A stretch of DNA of 63,343 bases, the filler included, from Polymyxa betae A26-41 (lineage: Eukaryota > Protista > Endomyxa: Phytomyxea), in NCBI GenBank assembly GCA_003693705.1. It is 5 parts of 5 records of this genome, joined end to end, with 100 filler letters (N's around TTAATTAATTAA, not from the genome) between each part and the next. Parts side by side here need not be neighbours in the genome. Positions count along the whole stretch, not along the records: positions 1 to 8,362 come from RBZT01000454.1; positions 8,463 to 35,182 come from RBZT01000327.1; 3 more parts are not named here. One strand, given 5' to 3'. Shown one piece after another: positions 1 through 11,828 of this stretch (the first letter of the stretch is position 1; every line of letters begins with the position of its first letter). Position numbers and translations under genes: made by a program. The notes below the pieces were generated by a model that did no database searches, was not told where the DNA came from, and saw only the letters and a list, made by a program, of their open reading frames with translations.

Positions 1-56
1 ATCGCTCATGCTGGATGCCATAGTGGACATTTAGGTTACCACGTGGCTTTAGATTA

Positions 57-1353
57 TTGAAACAATGGGTCTACTGGATAGCAATGGTGCAAGATATTCG
101 AAAAATCTGCTCCGAATGTTTGCACTGTTTACCAACACGAAAGGGTTTTCGCATCCCGCGCCCGTTGGGAACTGCATGTCATGGAGTACGTCCTAATCAG
201 GTCCTACACATTGACTATATGTATATTTCTCCTAGAGAGGATAATACTGTTGACTATCAATGGCTATTTGCCATCAGAGATGATTTCTCTGGAATGGTTC
301 TGTTAAGACCAGTTTTGATACCGAATACAAGAGTAACGGTTGAAGCATTGTTGGAATGGCGTGCGACATTTGGGAATTCAGAGATTTATGTCTCTGACCA
401 AGCATCATATTTCCTATCCCAAACCATGAAAGAGTTCACTAAGCGAATTGGTACAAATCAACATTCTGTTACATCATATTCTCATTACTCAAATGGCTCT
501 ATTGAAATTATAAACAAAGAGATTTTGAATCTATTGCGATCCTTAATCTCAGAATTACGTTACAACATACTGCAATGGTAATGGTTAATTAACTTGGTTC
601 AGCATACGCTAAATCATAGGCGGCAACAGCGCTTGGGAGGTCGCACCCATTACAGTAATGACTGGCCTCCCAGCTGAAAATCCAATTGATTCAATCTTCT
701 TTCATCCTGAAATCGGAACTATTTGTCCAATTGAAGTAGAATCTGTTATAATTTCTCAGGCTACTGATAAGTTGATCGAAAGCCTAAATATTATGCATAA
801 GTACATATATCATATCACTGAACTTGAAAGATCGCGTCATAGAGAACACTCCTCTCGCAATCGATTTTTTCCAAATTTTGGAATTGGTGATTATGTCTTG
901 GTTGCTGTTCCAGAAAAAAAGAGACTCAACAAATTATCATTAACATGGCATGGACCATTTAGAATAGTTGATGTTCATAAAGGCTATGTCTTCTCAGTTG
1001 AAAACCTACTCACTAATGAGATTCAAAAGGCACATGGTGATCGTATTCAATTTTATTCTGCTAAATCGCTTAATGTTACAGAAGAAATTTTGAATCAATT
1101 TGCCTATGATACTGCATCGCGTGATATTGAGAAAATTATTGATGCAAGGATTAACTCTACAAAAACGGATATAGAGTTTTGTTTTATTAAATGGCCGGGA
1201 TTTGACAATGTTGAGAATTCATGGTGCCCAGGATTCAGTGTCCGTACTGAAAATCCACAAGTCATACTAGAATTTCTTCAAAATAACCCAAATCACCCAG
1301 TGATTCCTTATATACGCACGGACATTTTGCCTCAGCTAACAGTGCGACATTGA
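57..1353 (+). pseudogene. Gypsy integrase-chromodomain, interrupted by a stop and frameshift
   Basis: ORFs 57-581 and 658-1353 are consecutive parts of one integrase, with an in-frame TAA at 579-581. Confidence 0.85.
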
Positions 1354-1512
1354 GGAAGTAGACCTTTTTTCCTACTTGTATCTATACCGAGGGCAGCGGA
1401 TAGTCCTGTAGGTTTTACTGGTGCTTCATAACTCAAACAGTCAAATTTTTATATACTTCTATTACTCAAGTTCACTCTCGTCACTCATGAAACTTGTTTT
1501 GGGAGAAGGCGG

Positions 1513-1685
1513 TGTCGTGGATAGCAGATTACTGCCATTCTGTGGTGACGGACTATATGAATGATCGGAACGGGACCTACTTATGGAGATCGGTAATCGG
1601 GTCCAAGCTTGCTGTTCTTTATTCCTACTAATGAATAGATTATTCTAATCTGCTTGGAAACAACGTATCGTTGACATTTGACACA
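1513..1685 (+). repeat. 3' LTR of Gypsy copy A
   Basis: Follows the PPT; runs TG...CA (end is 1683 or 1685); similar to the opposite-strand LTR at 1686-1845. Confidence 0.7.
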
Positions 1686-1929
1686 ATAGTTACGTAACGA
1701 ACGTTGTAGGCAGATTAGTAGAATGAATGTATTGATCCGATAATGAATCACCAGGGCCCAATCTTCAGTCGGGCCGAGTTCATCTCCGTTCCGATCGCCG
1801 ATAGTCCGTGACCATAAACTTTAGCGTGATCTGCTATCCAACACACCGCCCTCTCCAAACACAAGTTCCATGAGTGAAGAGAATGAACTTGGGTTATGAA
1901 TATTATAAAATAAAGGATTGAGTTATGAA

Positions 1930-4424
1930 CAGGCCTCTACATATAAGGCAATCTATTTATAGATGCCTCAAATGCCGTTTTTTCACTTCGATGGGATGCC
2001 GTTTTTTTAAAATTATTTTTATCAGTTTTCTGAATTGATATGAGAAATTTTTGCTGTTCCGCAGTCCGTAGATCCCTCTCTGTAGAACTGCAGCTCAAAT
2101 CGACCTGGAATTTGCTGACATCGACGATCTATGCCTTCCCTTCATGAAAATCCTGAGGCAGGAACAGAAGCCGGCTTTCAAGAACCTGCTGCAAAAAGGG
2201 CTTGTAAAGGCTCTGCTGGATCGCGGTTAACTCCTTTTCAGAAAATACACTTGGTAGAGTATGGATTAGCTATTTCAACGAGAGATCCTTATCATCTGCT
2301 GTCGTTGCTGTGCGTTGCCGATTTTGTATATCGTTTGGGCGAGAAGCGAACTCCAAGAGTACATCCAGCTGTTGGACCTTTGAAGGTCCGCCCTTCCGGC
2401 CGGAAAACAATCGTCAACACCACTTGAAGAACCATCCAACCAAATGGAAGGAGTACAAGCCGAGTTCAAAGGAAGAAATGGAATCATTCTTTGACGTTTC
2501 TGAAAGCGAAAAGCATGCGAACAAACTCGAGGCGTATTTGGAGCCACGACCTTCCACGCTGCGATTCCAATTCAACAAGAAAATTGTCGATGTGATCATT
2601 TCGGACATGCTTTTACCGCCAAACGCTCAGGAATCTACGTCTTTGTTTGTTTTTGATGCCGACCACGAAGAATATACTGTGGAAGTGAACCAAGTCAAAC
2701 AATTCGAGCTAGCTGTGCGTTTTGCTGGGCATGGAATGTCTTTCAGAATGGCCGCCGAAGCAATCCAAGACGCCAAGCAAATACTTACTGTTCTTAAGCT
2801 GGGCTTTTGCAACGAGCTCCATATTGCGAAATATGTCCGCATTGCTTGCGCCGCCTCGTTTCAAGCAATTATGGACGCTTTAACTACATGCTGGTCGTTT
2901 TCTGTTGCATTTGACGGCTCCACAGATATTCACGGGACCTCGTTCATCGATGTTAGGGTTCGGTTCTTTCAAGCCGCTAAGATTCATAATCTTCATGTGA
3001 TTGCAGTTCCTTTTGAAGGACGTCATAGTGGGGCGGCAATGTTCGAGATGTTCACCAAATTGTTTCAGGCGTTTTGTCCGGATTGGCCTAGCAAACTCAT
3101 TGGCTGTTCAACAGATGGAGCTGCGAACATGACTGGTAGCATTTCTGGTGTCGTTACCCGCATCCAGCAGGAAATCACGAATCCAGGCTTCATCCGGGTC
3201 TGGTGGTTATTACATCAAATTGACATTGTCTTGCAGAAGGCATTCAACTCTATCGATGAGGGCCGATATTTGAAGATCCTAACCAGCCTGGTCTCGCATC
3301 TTCGGAAGCAAAAGCTTTTCTGCGATAAAATTCAGGCGGTGTGTCCCCTGTTATCTGCCACCCGTTGGGTGTCAATGAGCCGTGTTTCCCGTTTTTTGCT
3401 TGAACATCGAGCAGATATCTTCGACCATTTTGACAGGATTGAGGAAGAAGGAGGTGATTCAATACGTTTTAGACCCGAGGCAAAATGGTGGATTCTTCTC
3501 GCTGCGGTTGCCGATATCTCCACTCAGGTCAACCTTGTCGTGCAGACGCTTCAAGGCAAAACAGAGACGCTTTCAACCCAAACGCATGAAGTCGATCAGT
3601 TGATTGCTAACCTGAAAAGATGCGCCTTTGTTGAAGGGCCCATGAGCAGTCCGGAATTTGAAACAAATGAGCGGGCATTTGATTTCATAATTGGCTGTTG
3701 GGGATTCTCGAAAGAGGAGCTTTCTGGATTTCTCAAAGACCAAGGAATCTTTGTGTTTCAGTCACTTCAACAGTTGAGCAATTTGGATGCGGTCAACGTG
3801 TGCCAGTTAGTGGCAGAATTCCTTTCGTTCATTCTGGAAGGGCTGGTAAAAGTATCTGCAGTTCGAGGAGAAGCCGCTGATTACATTCATCCGCCAACGT
3901 TACCTCAAGAGATTGTTGCACTATGCCTCGCGATGTGGCTGAACTCGTCATGTCGTACCACTCTCGACTTATGCATTCTTGGGACGCCTCCAAGATCGAT
4001 CGGATTGTTGAGCAGCATAAATTGCTCATAGAGGCCAACAGACTGGAACCTCGTCTGCCCGGTGCACTTGCGAAACTTGGTGCACTCCGACTTTCAGGAA
4101 GCTTGGGCTATTCCTGGACTGAAAGATCGTTTCCCGGAGTTAGTTGAGTTCTTTGGAGGCTTCGCTTGTCCGTTTCCGAACACTGCAACAGTCGAATCGG
4201 ACTTCTCGGTCTTGAAATGGGAAAAGGATGCTCATCGAAGTGCCTTCAGCAATTTTTCGCTCGAAGGAATCCTTCATTGTCGTAATTCGTTGCCAATTCA
4301 AATAAAAGCCCCGCATTGTTGGAGTTTATGTAATTTTGCCTTATATGCCTTATATTGATCCTATCCGATGCCGTTTTTTACGAAAATCGGCATATTCGGC
4401 ATTAGCCTTATATGTAGAGGCCTG
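1930..4424 (+). mobile_element. hAT DNA transposon 1
   Basis: Perfect 20-bp TIR caggcctctacatataaggc (1930-1949 and 4405-4424). 8-bp TSD gttatgaa (1922-1929 and 4425-4432). The empty site is visible in Gypsy copy A (ttcataac, ~1425). Confidence 0.95.
2131..4358 (+). pseudogene. hAT transposase (frameshifted)
   Basis: Zn finger CRFC...H...H, then AFDGSTD, STDGAANMTG, TRW and the dimerisation motif PNTATVESDFS, spread over several frames (2131, 2310, 3923, 4062). Confidence 0.85.
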
Positions 4425-5375
4425 GTTATGAAGCACCAGTAAAATTACCTACAGGACTATCCGCTGCCATCGGTATAAATCCAAGTAGGAAAAAAGGTCT
4501 ACTTCCTCAATCCCGCAATGTCGATTGAGGTAAAATATCCGTGCGGATAAATGGAAATACAGGGTGATTTGGGTTATTTCTCATAATTTCCAGGATGACC
4601 CTTGGGTTTTCAGTACGAACACTGAATCCTGGGCACCATGAATTCTCAACATTATCAAATCCCCGCCATTTTATAAGAAATTTTACGGCAGTCTTAGAGT
4701 TTGAGGGCATAATCATTAATTCTAGCATCAATAATCTTCTCAATATCGCGAGATGCAGTTTCGTTCGCGAATTCAAAATTTCCTCAGTAAGATTGAGAGA
4801 ACTATCAGGATAAAACTGAATGCGATCCCCATGTGTCTTTTTTATCTCTTTCGTTAGTAAATTCTCAACAGAGAAAACATAGCCCTTATGAGCATCAACT
4901 ACTCTAAATGGACCTTGCCATAATAATGATATTTTATTGATTTGCTTCTATTCAGGAACTGCAACCAAGACAAAATCACCGATTCCAAAGTTTGGAAAGA
5001 ATCGATTGCGAGATGAGTTTTGTCTATGTCGCAACCTTTCTCAGTGATATGATCAATATCTTTATGCATATTTGTTAGGCTTTCAATCAATTTATTAGTA
5101 GCCTGTGATATGACATCAGATTCTACTTCAATTGGACTAATAGTTCCAATTTCTGGATGAAAGAAGATCGAATCGAGTGGGTTGTCAGCTAATAAACCAG
5201 TCATGACTGTAATAGGTGCGCGACCCCCAAGCGCTGTTGCGGCCTATGATTGAGCCTACGCTGAATTACGTTCACCAACCAAGGCCATTTCAATTTGTTG
5301 AATCGTAACTCTGAGATTAAGGATCGTAGTAGATTCAAAATCTCTCTGTTCACAATTTCAATAGAGCCATTAGAG

Positions 5376-7865
5376 CAGGCCCGATAAAAATTGTCAAATG
5401 ACTAATTTGACTATTTTTCCCTAAAATAGTCATTTTTTCTCAAATACATTAGTAAAAATTGTCATTGTCTCTAAAATGGGCTCATTTGTATAAAAATGTG
5501 GAAAGAAAGCTAAAACGATGCAATTACATCACTGCTGGAGCTGCACCTGATGGCATTGCAAGATGCCTTCCAAAGAGAAGTCAGTCAGCGAGTGACGGAA
5601 ATCGTTTTTCTCCCATTTTAACGAAGAGAAGTCTGATTCTACTGAGGCCGTATTTGGAAACACTGAAGCCAGACCCCCAGCGAACGCACAAAGCTCCGGA
5701 TACTCAGAAGACATTCCTTCAATACCCCAGGCCTCGTCAAAAGTAGTTGTTGAGAAATTACTGGAACGGGATACAGCAGATTTGAAACCAAGATGGTTTT
5801 CAAACCGAAGTTTCAGGTCGCGATGCTGAGAGCAGATATTCTCGATTTTCTTGCTGTTCCAGCTGGCAGAAATCCTAGAATGTTGCTGCTCAACAAGCTC
5901 CACCAATTCTCTGGGCTTCATTTCTACGAACTCCAAAGGTAATGTGGGGAGAGAATCATTCAAAGAGCTGACATTAAATTCGTCTCGCTCAGCTCGGACT
6001 TCCTGCAACCCAGCAATGAGTGTGCTGAGCATTTCTGCAACACTCTCAAGGATCGCGTCCCGCTCTTCTGTTTGAGTCTCTCTTAACAAATGGAAAACAA
6101 ACAGGCCTTGGTCCGTTAGAAACCCGTTCAAATCGTCTTTCGAATACCGCAATCCATGGCAAACGATTGTGTCATCTCTGGGTTCATCCTCAGTCGCATT
6201 TTCAGAGAATGTTAGCTTTTGGATTCGACTAATGCATTCGTTAATCTCAAAGGACTGCTGGCACAGCAGCGCCTGATTCCCTTGGAGTCGCTGCACAGTG
6301 TCATTGACCTCTGTCGCAATCACGTTGACTGCAGCTAAATAAATCCAAAAAGAAAGTGGCGGCTCGCTTTTGCGTCTTTCGGCGATAAGCAATTCGTAAT
6401 GCTCTAAAATTTCAGTTCGATACTCCAGGAGGTACGATGATACGCGAGACATTGATACCCATCGGGTGCCAAATAAGGCGGGACATGTCGATTTGAGACG
6501 GTCAATGAAGGATTTTTGCCGACGAAGATGGGAAATCATACCAGCTAATGATGTGTAGAACTGGCCATCGTTGACTCGTCGGAAAACACGTTGTATTACT
6601 AAGTCCATTTGATGCAGAGCACTCCAAATCCGGACTAAAGGATCCAGAGCGACATTGGAAATCCGCGTAACAAGTCCGGATATGTGGCCAGTCATGTTCG
6701 CAGCTCCGTCTGTTGAGCATGCAATAAGCTTGGACTTCGAGTCGTTACACAAAGCATCGAAAACAGTTTCAATCATGCTAAACATTGCAGAGCCCGTGTG
6801 ACTTCCAGAGAAAGGAATTGCAATAAGGTGGTGACTCAGAAGTTTGCCATCAGAGTAAAGTCGACAGCGTATATCGATGTACGAGGTAGATTGGCAATCC
6901 GAACCATCGACAGCAATCGCAAATGCCCAAGAACCAGACAGAAGTCGCGAAATATTCTGGAAGGGGACAGCACAGACAATTCGGAGATACTTCGCAACGA
7001 TCAAGTCATTGCAGTTGCCAAGCTTAACACAGTTGGTCGCAAACTTAGCGTCCTGAACTGCAAATGCGGCTTGTCGGAACGAAAGACCAGTCCAACGAAA
7101 CGTGTGGCCAGTTGATATTGTTTCACCTGTCTAACGCACACTTCGTATTTGTCGCTGCTTTCGTTGAGCTTGAAGATGGAAAGCGCATTCGAACGGGAAG
7201 TACCGTTGGCGACATCATCGAGGTTCCAGAGAACACGCCCGATAATGACATCTACAATATCTTTGTCAATGGTGAAGTTAAGGTGTTCAGATTGGGAATC
7301 CAAATAGAAAGGAATAAGCTCAGCTGCTTTGACAGGAACATCGAAGAATCCTTTGTTATCGTCGTCTGACAGAGCCTGGTACAGAGCCCATTTCTCAGGA
7401 TGCTGCGACGTAAGATGCGCTCGATAATTCTGAGTACGAAAAGGTGATTCGAAAATCCAACTGGACTGAGAAGCCTTCTTCTCTCGACCGATAACAGTGC
7501 AAAAAGAGCATCGAGCGCCCAGAACAACTCCTCCACGACCATAATCGCAGGGCTTGACACCAAACAGCAGCTGATGCTTGGGCTGGAAGGGCGTCGTGAC
7601 AGTTCCGGAGACTTTTTGTTTCTTACCAGCGGGAGCGGATGACATGGCGAGAGAGAAGCGACAAGAACAGACGAGAAAATGGTAAAAAAATGATGCTGGA
7701 TTGACGGACTGCATGGAGACAGCAGTCACGCAATCCGAAACTCATAAAATCGGAATTTGTTTTCAAAATTGTCTAACAAACAAATCCGTAAAATAGTCAT
7801 TTTTTCAGGGTGAAAATTGTGAAAATTGTCATCTATTTATAGAATGACTATTTTTATGAGGCCTG
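5376..7865 (-). mobile_element. hAT DNA transposon 2
   Basis: Imperfect TIR caggcc(cg/tc)ataaaaat(t/a)gtca. 8-bp TSD cattagag (5368-5375 and 7866-7873). Inserted in the integrase of Gypsy copy B. Confidence 0.95.
5529..7645 (-). pseudogene. hAT transposase (one frameshift near 7070)
   Basis: ORFs 7001-7729 and 5529-7004: CSFC...H...H, AVDGS, STDGAANMTG, TRWVS, PNTASVESDFS; homologous to hAT1. Confidence 0.85.
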
Positions 7866-8362
7866 CATTAGAGTAATGAGAATATGATGTAACAAAATGT
7901 TGATTTGTACCAATTCGTTTACTTTACTCTTTCATGGTCTGTGATAGAAAATATGACGCTTGGTCAGAGACATAGATCTCTGAATTCCCAAAAATAGCAC
8001 GCCATTCCATTAATGATTCAACAGATATTCTTGTATTTGGTATTAAAACTGGTCTTTAAAAAACCATACCAGAGAAATCATCTCTTATTACAAATAACCA
8101 TTGATAATCAATACTATTGTCCTGTTTAGGAGAAATATATATATAGTCAAAGTGTATGACCTGATTAGGACGTACTCCATGACAAGCTGTTCCCAACGGA
8201 CGCGGGATGCGAAAACCCTTTCTTGTTGGCAAACAGTGCAAACATTCGGAGCAGATTTTTCGAATATCTCGCTCCATTCCAATCCAATAGACCCACTGTT
8301 TTAATAAGTATAAAGCCGCGTGGTAACCTAAATGTCCATTATGGCATCCAGCATGAGCGATT

Positions 8363-8462
8363 NNNNNNNNNNNNNNNNNNNNNNNNNNNNNNNNNNNNNN
8401 NNNNNNTTAATTAATTAANNNNNNNNNNNNNNNNNNNNNNNNNNNNNNNNNNNNNNNNNNNN
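8363..8462. other. Artificial contig linker
   Basis: 44 N + TTAATTAATTAA (stops in all six frames) + 44 N. Confidence 0.98.
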
Positions 8463-8696
8463 ATGGTCTTCTCTCAGATCATGATGCCTACTCTGTAAGT
8501 TTCTCTCCTCGTCCATAGTTGCCATTCTCACCATTTCTATGATAGAGGGTATTGTTTTGGTTTTGGAGCTGGTGCTATTCAACCGGATCAAAATCGTGGA
8601 TCTTATTACTATTCAGATGCATCTGAAATCAAGACGAACGCTGTCGCTGGTCTTGCTGCTGCTCTGGCCGCTTATTTCTTCAACAACATCCATTAA
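8463..8696 (+). CDS. 3' end of a possible GPI-anchored or C-terminally anchored protein (partial)
   Basis: Putative gtaagt...tag intron from 8495. The last exon reads ...SYYYSDASEIKTNAVAGLAAALAAYFFNNIH*: small residues followed by a hydrophobic tail. Confidence 0.3.
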
Positions 8697-11100
8697 ACAA
8701 GTTGATCAGCAGTAAACTGAACAGCCCTGCAACGATGTGCGCAACAATAGTGGCCGCTGTCTCAAAACGCTTTATTCGCTGATTCAAATCGTTCGCAAAA
8801 GCTGTAGGGATTTCGTTGCTGTATATCATTGATCATCCTCCCCGAAGCTACATCATCGCAGTCTGAGCAAAGGGACTGTCTTGAGTTGATTTCGCAAAGA
8901 TTCAATTGCAATATTTTTATGTGACTAAAGCGAGAGGATGACCGGTAATATAGCTACTGGACTGAATTGGATCGGATCTTTCTGCGATGATGCCCGAGTA
9001 CCTGTCTTGGGGTTGGGGTGGAAGACTGCCCTTGGTGATGTCTGCTACGACGACAGAGAGAGATAGAGAGAGAACGCACGGAGTAGTCCAAAAGTTATCC
9101 ATCTGAGATGGGAAGAAGCGGAGCTGGAAGCTTCCAGAAGCTGTTCCAGACGGTTAGGGATGAGCTGCTTCCCAGTCAGGGATGTAAGCTTCAGTCGCGC
9201 AGATGCGCCACGGCACTGTAACGAAACACATTTTACGCAGCATTCCGTATTCTGTTCCCTAATACTGTAGTGGGAATTTGAAAATTTAATGTAAAAGAGG
9301 GATGAGGGTACCTCCAAATACAGCCAATATTGTCCTTGTGAGAGAGTGGCTTCACCAACTCAATCTTTGACCAGTCATTTACCTCCATGTCACACATGGC
9401 GCTAATTTTCTTACTCATATTCTCGTCGTGTCGTACTGGCCCGGATGTAGGTGATACAATACATATGTTTTGTTTCCATCTGCGTTTATATCAATTCTCT
9501 CATGTATTCATGATATGCATTTTAAGGGATGGAGTATATTTACGTTAAAGACGTCACTACAGCATGACATTCTTGTGGGAAATTTTTTTCAGGAATATTG
9601 TGGACTCCGAGTCGCTTAACAACGTCTCATTATTTAATAGCTTTTGAAAAGTTCTTTCAGATGAAAAGTAGGTCTGTTCCGAGCTGGTGGTAAGAGATCG
9701 AGTCCGCTGAAGGATTCTCGATGTCGTCAAAATGAATTCCGGATCGATCTAACACGAAATATGTAATAACAATAGATAAGCTGAATATCATTTCAAAACG
9801 TATGATGCATGAATACTACAGACTACTGGAAATGTGAAGTAGCCGTAAAATCTGATTCTACATTGCTGGCTGATGAGATAATTCTCATATCGTAGAGACA
9901 GTGAGAAGATATTGACTTGTCCAGCTTCACATTCATGTTCTTGATGTCCACAATTCCATTGTGATAGGGATACGACGCGAGTCACCCTTAGAACGAGAGA
10001 GGATCGACCTTGATAGGTATTGTTCCAATAGCTTCGCGCAGCGGGCGCACCTGACGCTCAAAATCCGGATAGTGAGCGCCAATCCACGCTGTAGCAAAGA
10101 GAAACTGCATATGATCAACTGCTGTGTTCGGCGTTGGCATTGAGCTAGTGATAGATTTGTAGCGGGATCCTGTCTGACAGCCCTCTGCCCAGTAGAGGCG
10201 TCCGCAACATTCCGCCTCAGTAAGATACAAACGGCAGTGTGCAGCACTTTAGCTTCAAACTGTCTGACCTTACATAAACCTGAAAATTAAGCAAGAAGAT
10301 CATCTGGTATCGATGCAGGAGCAGGAAGATCGTCAACCCTGATATGTGACTGAAAAGAAGATAGAGAACATTTGAAGATTGTCTCCATCCCTTATTGAAA
10401 AGTAAAAACAGAATTGGTATTTCATTGCAGAAGGCGCCTAGAAGTTACAGTATCAAAAAGGCGTTAGAATGAAGTGCGACTGAATATCACCTCAAATCGC
10501 CATCGGGAGCTGCCAAAAACGTTTGAATGCATTCAGCTTTAGCGAACAATTTGGCATTTAGCTACGAATTCACCTTCGGCATGCAAGTCAGCCATGGGAC
10601 TGAGAAGCTTATTGGGGAGATGAGGCGGTGGTGTCCGGAATGGGGGGACTTGTATTCGTCCCTTCATGACGTTCGGCCTCTGTATCCTGTCCAGATGACT
10701 GACTGTTGAGCTCGCGTATTATTTAAAAATAAAGCGATAATGACAAGTTCCTAAGACCCTGACTTTCGTACGTATACAAAGGTCGAGGAGGCATGATGCC
10801 GGAGGGTTGAACAACACTCTGTTCGGAGCGATCGAAGCCCCGATGCTGACACACGGAGTTGTTTCGGCCGCATCTGGAGGATTGAAGAGCGTCACTCAAC
10901 ACTCACAACGAATGCGTCAATGCAACGATGTCGCTTCTGTTAACTGGCAGTCTTCAGCCGGTTCAGAATTCGGGATGATTCTGAGGACCAAATCACGGAC
11001 AATCAACTGGAGCTGGAATTGTAGAAACTCGGGAAGCCAAACGATTCCGTCCTAAACAACATGTCTTGCTATCGGCGTCATGACTATCCAAGAACGGAAA

Positions 11101-11700
11101 TCACAGTCGAAAGAGGGTTTGTCCCAGGAGTCCTCGTTGATACCAACGCAAGCTCTCTTTGGCCTTCTGCTTGATCACACGAGCAACGGGTTCTGGAAGA
11201 GTCAGTGGCGGAGGAACTCCGGACAAGGGATCACTATCATTGAAACGAATACTTACGAACCTCTGGACACTTTGCACCATGGTCAGGCCCAGCATTAAAG
11301 TCATACAGCGCAGGAGACGAGCCATCTCTTCATTGCACAGAATCTCATTCCACATAATTAACTGATACACGCCCATGACCAGCTGCGGAGGAACTTTCTT
11401 CACATAATTGAGCGTCTCGGGGTCGTACCGGACTCGGGCGGCAAGAATACGGACAAGCTGGGGGATCTGGTTGCTACTGGTATTGGGCGATTCGAACAGG
11501 GCCTGTATGACCTTGCGACGGCCCACATATAGCAGTCGGCGGGATGTCAGACTGAGATGTCCCAGGTCTGTTGCAGAGACGCAGCACTGCTCCAAGATCT
11601 CATCCGGGAGACGAAAGAGACCAGATTCCTGGTCGGCCGAAAAGGCCGCCTCCCCCAGGACCAGTACGGCCGCCGCCATCAAGACAACGTGAACATGCAT
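11101..11700 (-). CDS. Putative secreted protein with an N-terminal F-box-like motif
   Basis: Hydrophobic leader MHVHVVLMAAAVLVLGEAAFSA, then LFRLPDEILEQCCVSATDLGHLSLTSRRL (F-box consensus L..LP.EIL...DL..LS..SRR). The 3' end is uncertain. Confidence 0.6.
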   Translation of the reverse strand: MHVHVVLMAAAVLVLGEAAFSADQESGLFRLPDEILEQCCVSATDLGHLSLTSRRLLYVGRRKVIQALFESPNTSSNQIPQLVRILAARVRYDPETLNYVKKVPPQLVMGVYQLIMWNEILCNEEMARLLRCMTLMLGLTMVQSVQRFVSIRFNDSDPLSGVPPPLTLPEPVARVIKQKAKESLRWYQRGLLGQTLFRL

Positions 11701-11828
11701 GGTGGGAATCACTGAATCAGAATGTAAAGTCTTAACACTCGAGGGTTGCGCACAGCACCATACCTGACTGAACCCTTTTCTCTTCGAGTCTGCTTGTAAA
11801 ATACATCATGTTGAACAGGCGTCTAGCT

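Larger units (their letters stand above)
1..1685 (+). mobile_element. Ty3/Gypsy chromovirus-type LTR retrotransposon, 3' part (integrase, chromodomain, PPT, 3' LTR); copy A
   Basis: Integrase HHCC and core motifs (CSECLHC, HIDY, SDQAS, NGSIE) in 57-581. GPF and chromodomain (IKWPGFDNVENSW) in 658-1353. PPT gggagaaggcgg at 1501-1512, then an LTR starting TGTCG at 1513. Confidence 0.9.
1686..8362 (-). mobile_element. Ty3/Gypsy copy B (same family as A), tail-to-tail with A, split by two hAT insertions
   Basis: Minus-strand ORFs 8056-8277, 4899-5204 and 4507-4776 are diverged copies of the copy A integrase/chromodomain. PPT (rc ggagagggcgg) at 1846-1856; LTR starts TGTGT at 1845 on the minus strand. 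Confidence 0.9.

Noticed and set aside
8363-8462. Recurrent TTAATTAATTAA palindrome flanked by Ns (4 occurrences)
   Set aside because: A synthetic six-frame-stop linker added during assembly, not biology.
8900-10900. Short ORFs on both strands
   Set aside because: No recognisable motif or consistent exon chain; possibly a decayed gene, but unsupported.
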